From a virus: a stretch of 39,208 nt of DNA. Each line of letters opens with the position of its first letter. The stretch's first letter is position 1. Below are positions 1-6,433 of the stretch, one piece after another. Position numbers and translations under genes: made by a program. The stretch lies in IMG/VR virus record IMGVR_UViG_3300045988_042900, positions 1-39,208 of that record. One strand, written 5' to 3'. The notes beneath the pieces are model-generated. The model searched no databases. It was not told where the DNA came from and was given only the letters and a program-made list of their open reading frames with translations.

Positions 1-28
1 TTAAGTATCTCCCTTAACTGTCTTTATT
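1..28. repeat. Terminal direct repeat, copy 1 (identical to 39181-39208)
   Basis: TTAAGTATCTCCCTTAACTGTCTTTATT occurs verbatim at both ends of the window. This implies a circular or permuted 39,180-bp unit, or an assembly overlap. Confidence 0.9.
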
Positions 29-32
29 ATAC

Positions 33-46
33 TACACACGTGTGTA
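33..46. promoter_or_regulatory. Perfect 14-bp palindrome TACACACGTGTGTA (operator-like)
   Basis: The sequence is self-complementary. It lies in the divergent intergenic region between the minus gene 38983-39156 (across the junction) and the plus cargo operon that starts at 150. Confidence 0.45.
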
Positions 47-149
47 TATGTCAAGCCCAAAATGATATTTTTTAGAGATTTTTATGGGATTTTTTCCGCA
101 TGGTTGGTTTACCAAAAATTTGGTACGGTATAAGCAGGAGGTGGGGCAA

Positions 150-527
150 ATGTGGCACTCTTACAACGCAAACCCAGACGAGAAAAATGTCGGGGATTGC
201 GTTATCAGATCCATTTGCACCGCCATGAATGTGCCGTGGGAAGATGCCTATATAGGCGTATGTGCCCATGGGCTAAAGCTCCACGATCTCCCGTCGGCTA
301 ACCGTGTTTGGGGTGATTACCTCAGACAGCAGGGCTATACACGGCACGCCATGCCGAATACCTGCCCGGACTGCTACACGGTGGCGGATTTTACGGCGGA
401 TCACCCAACCGGAACTTACGTCCTAGCGCTTCCCAGCCATGTTGTATGCGTTCGGGATGGAGACTGGATCGACACATGGGACAGCGGCGACGAGACACCC
501 ATCTACTATTGGACTAAGGAGGGATAG
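150..527 (+). CDS. Papain-like/NlpC-like cysteine peptidase-fold protein (uncharacterised)
   Basis: AGGAGG at 136-141 sits 8 nt before the ATG at 150, so this internal start is preferred over the track start at 84. Candidate Cys (GDCVIRSI) and His/Asp (HVVCVRDGDWIDTWDS) residues are arranged like a Cys-His-Asp triad. Confidence 0.6.
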   Translation: MWHSYNANPDEKNVGDCVIRSICTAMNVPWEDAYIGVCAHGLKLHDLPSANRVWGDYLRQQGYTRHAMPNTCPDCYTVADFTADHPTGTYVLALPSHVVCVRDGDWIDTWDSGDETPIYYWTKEG

Positions 528-529
528 AC

Positions 530-943
530 ATGGCCTATACGCCATACGGTGGCTATAATTTTGGCTACCAGCCTAATATGTATCAGCCAATGCAGAGCCA
601 ACCCGCGCAGGATCAGTTTGCACAGTACCGGCAGAACCAGCAACATGGCATGATTTGGGTGCAGGGCGAGTCAGGGGCAAAAAGCTACCTCGTTTCAGCT
701 GGATGTACTGTCCCCCTGTGGGACAGCGAGAACCAGACGGTCTACATCAAATCCTGCGATGCGTCGGGTATGCCCTCAATGCGAATCATCGACTATACGG
801 AGCGCGTACAGGCTCATGGTCAAGCCCCGGCGGCGGCTCCTAAACTGGAGTATGTGACGCGGCAGGAGTATGACGCACTCGCCGCCAGAGTAGACGCGCT
901 AAGTAAAAAGGAGGTTACGCAGAATGCCGAACCCACTGTTTAA
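530..943 (+). CDS. Hypothetical protein with a Q/Y/P-rich N-terminus
   Basis: AAGGAGGGA precedes the ATG at 530. The N-terminus is low-complexity and Gln-rich, followed by a globular core (GMIWVQGESGAKSY...YIKSCDASGMP). Confidence 0.7.
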   Translation: MAYTPYGGYNFGYQPNMYQPMQSQPAQDQFAQYRQNQQHGMIWVQGESGAKSYLVSAGCTVPLWDSENQTVYIKSCDASGMPSMRIIDYTERVQAHGQAPAAAPKLEYVTRQEYDALAARVDALSKKEVTQNAEPTV

Positions 944-1148
944 CGCCCTAGGCGGGAGCCAGATGCCCGGGCCACTGGGCAACTTTACACAGATGATGCA
1001 GCAATTCCAGCGGTTTAAGGCAAACTTTAATGGCGACCCTAAAGCGGAGGTACAAAAGCTGTTGCAATCCGGCAAAATGTCGCAGCAGCAATTAGACCAG
1101 CTCCAAGCGGCTGCGAAGCAGTTCCAGGCGTTGCTGGGCAATAAGTAA
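924..1148 (+). CDS. Hypothetical small Gln-rich protein
   Basis: AAAAGGAGG lies 10 nt upstream of the ATG. The start overlaps the previous gene by 20 nt. The product is helical and Q-rich. Confidence 0.6.
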   Translation: MPNPLFNALGGSQMPGPLGNFTQMMQQFQRFKANFNGDPKAEVQKLLQSGKMSQQQLDQLQAAAKQFQALLGNK

Positions 1149-1200
1149 GCAATTCCGGCCAGAATTGACATAAATCAAAATTTTGAAAGGGGGAGACAAA

Positions 1201-1959
1201 ATGTCTCTGACAACTAGCGAGATGACCCCTGCTGATATCGCAGCTGTGACCAACAACGGCGGCAATAGCGGCTGGGGATTCGGTGGCGACGGCGCATGGT
1301 GGATTATCATCCTGTTCCTGTTCGTTTTCTGTGGTTGGGGCGGCAATTGGGGCAACGGCGGCATTGGTGGCAACGGCGCGGGTGCCGTTGATGGATATGT
1401 GCTGACCTCCGATTTTGCCAACATCGAGCGCAAGCTTGACAGTGTAAACAACGGCATTTGCGACGGCTTTTATGCAATGAATACCGGTATGCTTAACGGC
1501 TTTGCAAACGTGACCCAGGCTGTTACCGGTGGATTCTCTCAGGCGGAGTTGTCCCGTTGCAACCAGCAGGCGGCGCTTATGCAGCAGCTTAACAATATGG
1601 CCATGCAGCAGGCTAATTGCTGCTGCGAGACCAGAGAGGCAATCCAGGGCGTAAATTACAACTTGGCAACCCAGAGCTGTGACACCCGGAACACCATCCA
1701 GAATACCACCCGGGACATCATCGACGCGATGAATTGCGGTTTCCGTAGCCTGGATCAGCGTCTGACCTCTCAGGAGATCGCGGCGAAGGATAGCAAGATT
1801 GCCGAGCAGAACCAGCAGCTGTTCGCAGCCCAGCTGGCAGCATCCCAGGCGGCTCAGAACAGCTACCTGGTATCTCAGCTCCGGCCTACTCCTATTCCGG
1901 CCTATGCATCTTGCAACCCCTGGGCTGCTGGATCGTATACCGGATGCGCCGGTTGCTAA
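1201..1959 (+). CDS. Membrane protein with a Gly/Trp-rich N-terminus (YjcZ-like flavour) and a Cys/Gln/Asn-rich C-terminal region
   Basis: GGGGGAGA precedes the ATG at 1201 (the track start at 1183 is a TTG). The sequence GGNSGWGFGGDGAWWIIILFLFVFCGWGGNWGNGG contains one TM segment. Cys clusters include CCC and the terminal CAGC. Confidence 0.65.
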   Translation: MSLTTSEMTPADIAAVTNNGGNSGWGFGGDGAWWIIILFLFVFCGWGGNWGNGGIGGNGAGAVDGYVLTSDFANIERKLDSVNNGICDGFYAMNTGMLNGFANVTQAVTGGFSQAELSRCNQQAALMQQLNNMAMQQANCCCETREAIQGVNYNLATQSCDTRNTIQNTTRDIIDAMNCGFRSLDQRLTSQEIAAKDSKIAEQNQQLFAAQLAASQAAQNSYLVSQLRPTPIPAYASCNPWAAGSYTGCAGC

Positions 1960-2020
1960 CAGCATATAGATCAACTGTTCGGTTACCCCGGACTGTTCGG
2001 CTCCTGCCGATAATGATTAC

Positions 2021-2049
2021 GCGGCGGGGATCACACCCCGCCGCTTTTT
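2021..2049 (+). terminator. Rho-independent terminator inside the cargo operon
   Basis: A 9-bp GC stem (GCGGCGGGG/CCCCGCCGC) with a 6-nt loop is followed by TTTTT. The RBS of the next gene follows immediately. Confidence 0.7.
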
Positions 2050-2064
2050 GAAAGGAGAAAACAA

Positions 2065-2487
2065 ATGGCCGAGTATACAAATAGCAGCGTTGTGGCGGTA
2101 GCTGCTGGTCAAAACGTGCCGCTGACGGAGACCGCTGTAGCTGGGAAATCCTGCGTAGTGCACCGGGAAGGCGCTGGTATTGTCACACTGCGTGGCCTGA
2201 CAAATCAGTGCAAGGCCCGTTATAAGGTCAGCTTTGGCGGCAATATCGCCGTGCCTACCGGTGGCACTGTTGAGGCAATCACCGCAGCCCTGGCGGTTAA
2301 CGGGGAGGCACTGGCTAGCACCACGGCTACCGTTACCCCTGCGGCGGTGGAGAACTATTTTAACATCTATGTTGCGGCATTTGTCGAGGTGCCGCGTGGA
2401 TGTTGCGTAACCGTTGCGGCGAGAAATACTAGCACCCAGACGATCAATTTTGCCAATAGCAATCTGATTATTGAGCGTGTGGCATAA
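2065..2487 (+). CDS. Hypothetical beta-rich protein resembling the BclA C-terminal (C1q/TNF-like) domain
   Basis: The RBS is AAAGGAG. The product is rich in Ala/Val/Thr/Gly and reads as all-beta (VSFGGNIAVPTGGTVEAI...VAARNTSTQTINFANSNLIIERV). The family resemblance is from memory only. Confidence 0.6.
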   Translation: MAEYTNSSVVAVAAGQNVPLTETAVAGKSCVVHREGAGIVTLRGLTNQCKARYKVSFGGNIAVPTGGTVEAITAALAVNGEALASTTATVTPAAVENYFNIYVAAFVEVPRGCCVTVAARNTSTQTINFANSNLIIERVA

Positions 2488-2501
2488 GGGAGGGATATAT
2501 A

Positions 2502-2906
2502 ATGAGTATGCAGGCAATGGACGAGCTGCGGGAAATGCTCTGCAAAGAGCTGGACGAGATCAGCCGGAAGGGCGAGCTTGGAGCCGGTGACCTAGATATC
2601 GTGCACAAGCTGACCGACACCATCAAAAATATTGACAAAATCGAGATGCTGGAAGATGACGGTTATAGCCGTGACGGCGCATGGGAGGCCGACATGCGCG
2701 GCACTTATGGGCGCGGCAATAGCTACGCCGGCCGCCGGGGAACCCATTATGTCAGAGGGCATTATAGCCGCCGGGGAACTGATGGCTATAGCCGTACCGA
2801 CAGCATCGAGGCATTCCGTGACCGCGCGCGAGAGATGATGCGCAACGCGACCGGCGAAGAACGCGAAGTGCTCCAGCGCTGCGTGGATGCTCTGGATCGG
2901 GCATAG
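2502..2906 (+). CDS. Hypothetical protein with helical ends and a central Arg/Gly/Tyr-rich segment
   Basis: The RBS is GGGAGGGA. The central segment reads GYSRDG...YGRGNSYAGRRGTHYVRGHYSRRGTDGYSR. I recall similar proteins in Clostridia prophages, with no known function. Confidence 0.65.
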   Translation: MSMQAMDELREMLCKELDEISRKGELGAGDLDIVHKLTDTIKNIDKIEMLEDDGYSRDGAWEADMRGTYGRGNSYAGRRGTHYVRGHYSRRGTDGYSRTDSIEAFRDRAREMMRNATGEEREVLQRCVDALDRA

Positions 2907-2920
2907 CCCAGGAGGGGCGT

Positions 2921-3229
2921 ATGCTTGATTTGGACGAGATTAACGCCGCCATTCGGGAACTGGAGAACGGTGAAACTACCCTTGCAAATTGCTCTAAACT
3001 AGCAACACTGCACACAGTAAGAGACCATCTAATAGAGACCGACTATGCTCCGTATTCCTACGCCTCTGCACCAGTGGTGGCTGTTTCAGGCGATAGCGAT
3101 TTTATGCGTACCATTTCGGGCCGTAACAATCAGGAAGTAATGGATATCATGGATGATCTTATGGACACGCTCAGGGTATCAATGCCGAAAGCGTATCGCA
3201 GCGTGATGGAGCGGCTGCGGAGCATATAA
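2921..3229 (+). CDS. Hypothetical protein, apparent partner of 2502-2906
   Basis: The RBS is GGAGGGG. It is the last gene of the cargo operon and is followed by a strong terminator. Confidence 0.65.
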   Translation: MLDLDEINAAIRELENGETTLANCSKLATLHTVRDHLIETDYAPYSYASAPVVAVSGDSDFMRTISGRNNQEVMDIMDDLMDTLRVSMPKAYRSVMERLRSI

Positions 3230-3230
3230 G

Positions 3231-3262
3231 TAGAGGGGCGGTTATCCGCCCCTCTATTATTT
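3231..3262. terminator. Bidirectional terminator between the cargo operon and the integrase
   Basis: An 11-bp stem (TAGAGGGGCGG/CCGCCCCTCTA) with loop TTAT is followed by a T-rich tail. It sits between convergent genes. Confidence 0.8.
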
Positions 3263-3292
3263 GGTTATAATTGACCGTGAGTACACCAAAGG

Positions 3293-4618
3293 TTAAATAT
3301 AGCCAACTAATTCAAAATTTATTTCGCCGTCGTTGCTGACGGAGATTTTTTTAACGGTACGCCTCCAAAACTCACGGCGCTCTGACGGCTCTAAACCACC
3401 GTAAACGTTCATCGTGGATTTCAGTGCATCTACATCTATTTGCTCCTTTTCTTCCGGCTCCGGGGCTTCTAACTGCTTTCTGAGCGATGTGTAGTCCTTT
3501 ACGTATACGTCGCGCTCTATCAAGTCGGACAGGTACAGGTCTTTGAGTTTTTCCATTTTGCGCCTTATCGCCGCCTTGTCTACAGTTGGCTGATTGGATG
3601 CGTTCTGCTGGGCGACCTCTACATTGTAGCCGATGCATCCGGATATGATGTGATCTACCATGTACTGCTCCAGATCGTCTTCACGCTCCCGGCGGCGATG
3701 GACGCAGGAGCGGCCTGCATAGCTTGGGCACTTGTAGTACACGTATTCGCCACCGTGGACGTGGGACATGGTGCCGGACAGGCGACGACCACACTCGGCA
3801 CAGAACACTATACCGGTAAATAGATATATATGCCTTTGCGTAAAATCTCCGCTGTGACGGGTGGAACGCTCTGCCATGATGGACTGAGCAAGGGCAAAAT
3901 CCTGCGGTGGGACGATGGGCGGGTATAACTGCTCACCGTTATCTGCAACGCCAATATACCGCTTATTTTTGAGCATCTGCTTTGTGTTTTTATAGGAGCG
4001 GGTGATACCATACTCGGACAGGAGATAGCGCCCAGTTGAGGTGACGGATTGAGTGGCGATAAAATGCCGGAACACATCTCGGACAACAGGGGCAGTTTCA
4101 GGGTCTTCCACCAGTTTTCCTTTGACGATTTTTAGTCCAAGCGGTTGCGTGCCGTGATGGCACAGGCCATTCTCCCGCTTATTCTTGTTTATGGTTTTGA
4201 TTCGTTCTGATGTACGGTCAGCCTCCGATTCAGCAACCGATAGCATGATGTTGACCTTAAATCTTCCGGCGCTAGTCTCTGTCTCATACTCCTCCTCAAT
4301 CGTTTTCCAGCAGACGCGGTGTTCGTCCAAAACGTCCTGAACTTTATAATATTCTTTGACATTTCGGAACCACCGGTCTAGCTTGGTAAATACAATCATC
4401 TCAATTTTATCAGCTCTAACATCGTTCAAAAGCCGCTGCAAATCCGGACGCTTTGATGCTGGCTTTCTGGCTGAGATTCCGGCATCAACGTACACGTCCA
4501 CTATCGTATGATGGTTTTCGTTTGCCCATTTTTTCAAATTTTCCTGCTGCACCCCGATTGACAAGCCATGTATGGCCTGCTCCTCCGTGGACACTCGCGC
4601 ATACAGCGCTACACGCAT
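3293..4618 (-). CDS. Large serine recombinase (phage integrase)
   Basis: The N-terminus MRVALYARVSTEEQ is the resolvase catalytic Ser motif. A recombinase domain, a Cys zinc ribbon (CAECGRRL...YYKCPSY...C) and a C-terminal coiled coil follow. The RBS is GGAGGA. Confidence 0.9.
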   Translation of the reverse strand: MRVALYARVSTEEQAIHGLSIGVQQENLKKWANENHHTIVDVYVDAGISARKPASKRPDLQRLLNDVRADKIEMIVFTKLDRWFRNVKEYYKVQDVLDEHRVCWKTIEEEYETETSAGRFKVNIMLSVAESEADRTSERIKTINKNKRENGLCHHGTQPLGLKIVKGKLVEDPETAPVVRDVFRHFIATQSVTSTGRYLLSEYGITRSYKNTKQMLKNKRYIGVADNGEQLYPPIVPPQDFALAQSIMAERSTRHSGDFTQRHIYLFTGIVFCAECGRRLSGTMSHVHGGEYVYYKCPSYAGRSCVHRRREREDDLEQYMVDHIISGCIGYNVEVAQQNASNQPTVDKAAIRRKMEKLKDLYLSDLIERDVYVKDYTSLRKQLEAPEPEEKEQIDVDALKSTMNVYGGLEPSERREFWRRTVKKISVSNDGEINFELVGYI

Positions 4619-4630
4619 TTTTATTCCTCC

Positions 4631-4659
4631 TTGATTTTATGGAGGCCCTGCGCTATAAT
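4631..4659 (+). promoter_or_regulatory. SigA-type promoter (TTGATT, 17 nt, TATAAT) diverging from the integrase
   Basis: The -35 is at 4631-4636 and a perfect -10 at 4654-4659 with a 17-nt spacer. The -35 abuts the integrase RBS. The -10 overlaps minus-strand TATAGC/TATTAT hexamers. Confidence 0.55.
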
Positions 4660-4665
4660 AATTGT

Positions 4666-4762
4666 GCAGATTCCTCCAAATTGGGTGCTTCCCTTTTTAC
4701 TCCCCGATATCTGCGTGATGCCCTCGGTGCTCGGTACACCGGGGGCATTTTTTATTTTTTTT
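4666..4762 (+). ncRNA. Candidate small RNA of about 95 nt (promoter-to-terminator unit with no ORF or RBS)
   Basis: The unit is bounded by the promoter at 4631-4659 and the terminator at 4718-4762. It contains AUUCCUCC (4670-4677), which is complementary to the integrase SD region GGAGGAAU (the same 8-mer occurs at 4623-4630 on the plus strand). Confidence 0.45.
4718..4762 (+). terminator. Plus-strand rho-independent terminator
   Basis: A 12-bp stem (4718-4729 with 4737-4748, one G-U pair) and a 7-nt loop are followed by TTTTTTATTTTTTTT. The opposite strand has no U-run. Confidence 0.8.
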
Positions 4763-4786
4763 GAGGACTAGCCTTTTCGTCCCCTC

Positions 4787-5302
4787 TCATTGCTGGATTA
4801 TCCCAATGTTTGGGTGCAGGAAGTCCCATATCAAATAGGACAGTAGCCCGGCGGCAACCAATATAAGCAGCAACGTGGCGATAGCTGCCCAGGTTATCAT
4901 GATCTTTATCGTCTTAGACTTCCTTTTTATTTCTGCCTGCTGCTCCTCTATGGTGGATTGCATACGGCTGATTTGCTCAGTACGATCTACGATACCCTGC
5001 TGACGCTCTTTGTCTATCTCTTCACGGGCAGCCAGCATAACCCTTAGTGCCTCTATGTTTTCCTGCGGCACGGTGTCTGGATTGTATGCATCTCCGATGA
5101 CCGCACGGGCAATTGCCTGGATCGTTGCAGGTCTGCATTGCTCGGCTGATTCTATCGGAGCCGCCATTACCTTCTGGACAGTGGCTTTGCACACAGATTC
5201 CCCAGCTAATTCACACGCATCAACGATCTGCTGGTATGTGATTCCCTTTTTGTCTCTCATGGTTCGGATTTTCCGAATCAACTCGGCTTGATTCGGGGAC
5301 AC
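4787..5302 (-). CDS. Membrane-anchored HTH protein (HTH, coiled coil, C-terminal TM)
   Basis: The start is GTG with RBS AGAGGTGA. The N-terminus is HTH-like (ITYQQIVDACELAGESVCKATVQKV). A charged coiled coil follows, then the TM segment ITWAAIATLLLILVAAGLLSYLIW. Confidence 0.7.
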   Translation of the reverse strand: MSPNQAELIRKIRTMRDKKGITYQQIVDACELAGESVCKATVQKVMAAPIESAEQCRPATIQAIARAVIGDAYNPDTVPQENIEALRVMLAAREEIDKERQQGIVDRTEQISRMQSTIEEQQAEIKRKSKTIKIMITWAAIATLLLILVAAGLLSYLIWDFLHPNIGIIQQ

Positions 5303-5335
5303 GATTTATCACCTCTTTTGTAAAATAGCACCAAA

Positions 5336-5355
5336 ATAGTACAATTATAGTACAA
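5336..5355. repeat. Direct repeat ATAGTACAA x2 with 11-bp period (operator-like)
   Basis: Copies lie at 5336-5344 and 5347-5355. They overlap opposing -10-like hexamers (plus TACAAT at 5340-5345; minus TATAAT at 5349-5344), just upstream of gene 4787-5302. Confidence 0.45.
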
Positions 5356-5447
5356 AAACATGGTTAAAATAGCATATAAATGGTATTGTGTGGAAACGAA
5401 AACAGTGTTACTATGGTGGCAACAAAGCACTGCGGGAGGTGAGCAAC

Positions 5448-5540
5448 ATGAAGCAGTGCCATGAGGATTACCCACCGCCGGAGGTGGAACAATTTATCAA
5501 ACGACGCAGGAAACCAATCAGAGATAGGAGTTACTGGTAG
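5448..5540 (+). CDS. Possible 30-aa micro-ORF (MKQCHEDYPPPEVEQFIKRRRKPIRDRSYW)
   Basis: GGGAGG at 5434-5439 sits 8 nt before the ATG. The 3' end overlaps the convergent gene 5518-6018 by 23 nt. No conservation evidence is available. Confidence 0.25.
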   Translation: MKQCHEDYPPPEVEQFIKRRRKPIRDRSYW

Positions 5541-6018
5541 TAGTGATCGGCTTGCTCTTGCAATAGGGCCGGAGATTTTCCCAAAGGTAGCTCCCGGCAA
5601 GCGATCCTTCCGGCACCTCGAATACAATGGTGTTTGCAGTTCCCGGTGCGGACTGCGGCTCGTAATTGAGGATGAAACAATCCACGTTTTTCTTGGCCTT
5701 GCTTTTAGTGCTGCCGATGATGGAGCCGACGATTGCCCCAGTGTCACCAAACAGCAACCCACCGGCTACCGCCATGCCAAGGGAGCGATTACCAGCATTC
5801 TGTATGTCTTGGGATTTTACAACGCCGCAACTGACAACCTGCTTGAGCTTTAGACGGCTGACGCTGCTTGACCCCTTCCCGGTAATAACCAGCTCCTTGT
5901 TGTACATATCAAATACAACCTTTAGTTGCTGCCACTGGGACATCCCAGGCAAGCCCGATATGTGGTTAAAATAGTATGTCGGGCGACGATCCGTGTTTTG
6001 GCTGTTAAATAAGCCCAT
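5518..6018 (-). CDS. Hypothetical protein with a glycine-zipper segment (lysogeny-side moron)
   Basis: The RBS is AAGGAGGA and the gene has its own promoter at 6049-6077. The glycine zipper reads GMAVAGGLLFGDTGAIVGSIIG, between two beta-rich halves. Confidence 0.7.
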   Translation of the reverse strand: MGLFNSQNTDRRPTYYFNHISGLPGMSQWQQLKVVFDMYNKELVITGKGSSSVSRLKLKQVVSCGVVKSQDIQNAGNRSLGMAVAGGLLFGDTGAIVGSIIGSTKSKAKKNVDCFILNYEPQSAPGTANTIVFEVPEGSLAGSYLWENLRPYCKSKPITTTSNSYL

Positions 6019-6048
6019 GATTGATTCCTCCTTGTTTCTGATAAAATA

Positions 6049-6077
6049 ATTTTACCAAAAACAGAGAATTTTATCAA
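6049..6077 (-). promoter_or_regulatory. SigA-type promoter for 5518-6018 (TTGATA, 17 nt, TAAAAT)
   Basis: On the minus strand the -35 is at 6077-6072 and the -10 at 6054-6049, with a 17-nt spacer. Confidence 0.6.
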
Positions 6078-6178
6078 GGGCAAAAGAGCACGAAGGGGGA
6101 GAAAACGATTGTGCAAATTGTCAAAATGTCCTGATGTTACACACAACCTTGTCTAGACCTTGACTTAACTTCCCGATG

Positions 6179-6200
6179 TTATCCAAGCGTTTATCCAAGC
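6179..6200. repeat. Direct repeat TTATCCAAGC x2 (12-bp period)
   Basis: Copies lie at 6179-6188 and 6191-6200, inside the divergent intergenic region. Confidence 0.5.
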
Positions 6201-6202
6201 CA

Positions 6203-6232
6203 TACCATTTTGTTGACATCAACAAAATGGTA
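6203..6232. promoter_or_regulatory. 30-bp palindrome (14-bp arms, 2-nt centre) containing TTGACA
   Basis: The sequence is TACCATTTTGTTGA-CA-TCAACAAAATGGTA. It could be an operator or a hairpin. Confidence 0.5.
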
Positions 6233-6256
6233 AACTGGTCGATTTTAACCAGTTTG
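6233..6256. promoter_or_regulatory. Inverted repeat AAACTGGT-8 nt-ACCAGTTT
   Basis: This second 8-bp-arm inverted repeat directly abuts the first palindrome. Confidence 0.4.
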
Positions 6257-6291
6257 AATTGCCCGAATATACAATAAATAAGGAGGCACGT

Positions 6292-6402
6292 ATGAAAGAG
6301 GAATACAGAGACGAAATCAAACAGATTATTGATGGGATCACCGATGAACGAGAACTATACCTTATATTATTATATACTCGGTGTGCAGCCGGGTACGCAT
6401 AG
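6292..6402 (+). CDS. 36-aa micro-protein (MKEEYRDEIKQIIDGITDERELYLILLYTRCAAGYA)
   Basis: AGGAGG at 6281-6286 sits 5 nt before the ATG at 6292. The stop is followed directly by a terminator. It is too short to appear in the ORF track. Confidence 0.5.
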   Translation: MKEEYRDEIKQIIDGITDERELYLILLYTRCAAGYA

Positions 6403-6404
6403 CG

Positions 6405-6433
6405 AAAGGAGCGGGTTCAACCCGCTCCTTTTT
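6405..6433. terminator. Terminator shared by the micro-ORF and the repressor gene
   Basis: An 11-bp stem (AAAGGAGCGGG/CCCGCTCCTTT) with loop TTCAA is followed by a T-run. It overlaps the repressor stop codon. Confidence 0.75.

Noticed and set aside
1-28. The terminal 28-mers read as the attL/attR core of an excised prophage.
   Set aside because: The only integrase is a large serine recombinase, which does not generate long direct repeats. The integrase gene is also internal, 3.3 kb from the end.
84-527. The upstream start at 84 for the first cargo gene. The same applies to other track starts at 1183, 7408, 7652, 8560, 9278, 9771, 14121, 14461, 15101, 16139, 16525, 16755, 17233, 17926, 25920, 33306, 34592 and 36689.
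   Set aside because: In each case an internal ATG, GTG or TTG lies 5-10 nt downstream of a GGAGG-type RBS and/or overlaps the previous stop (ATGA/TAATG). The extended N-termini overlap upstream genes.
1039-1974. Minus-strand ORFs of 311 aa and 121 aa opposite the Gly-rich membrane protein gene.
   Set aside because: They are shadow ORFs of the plus-strand gene. They have no RBS, are low-complexity, and break the otherwise uniform plus-strand operon.
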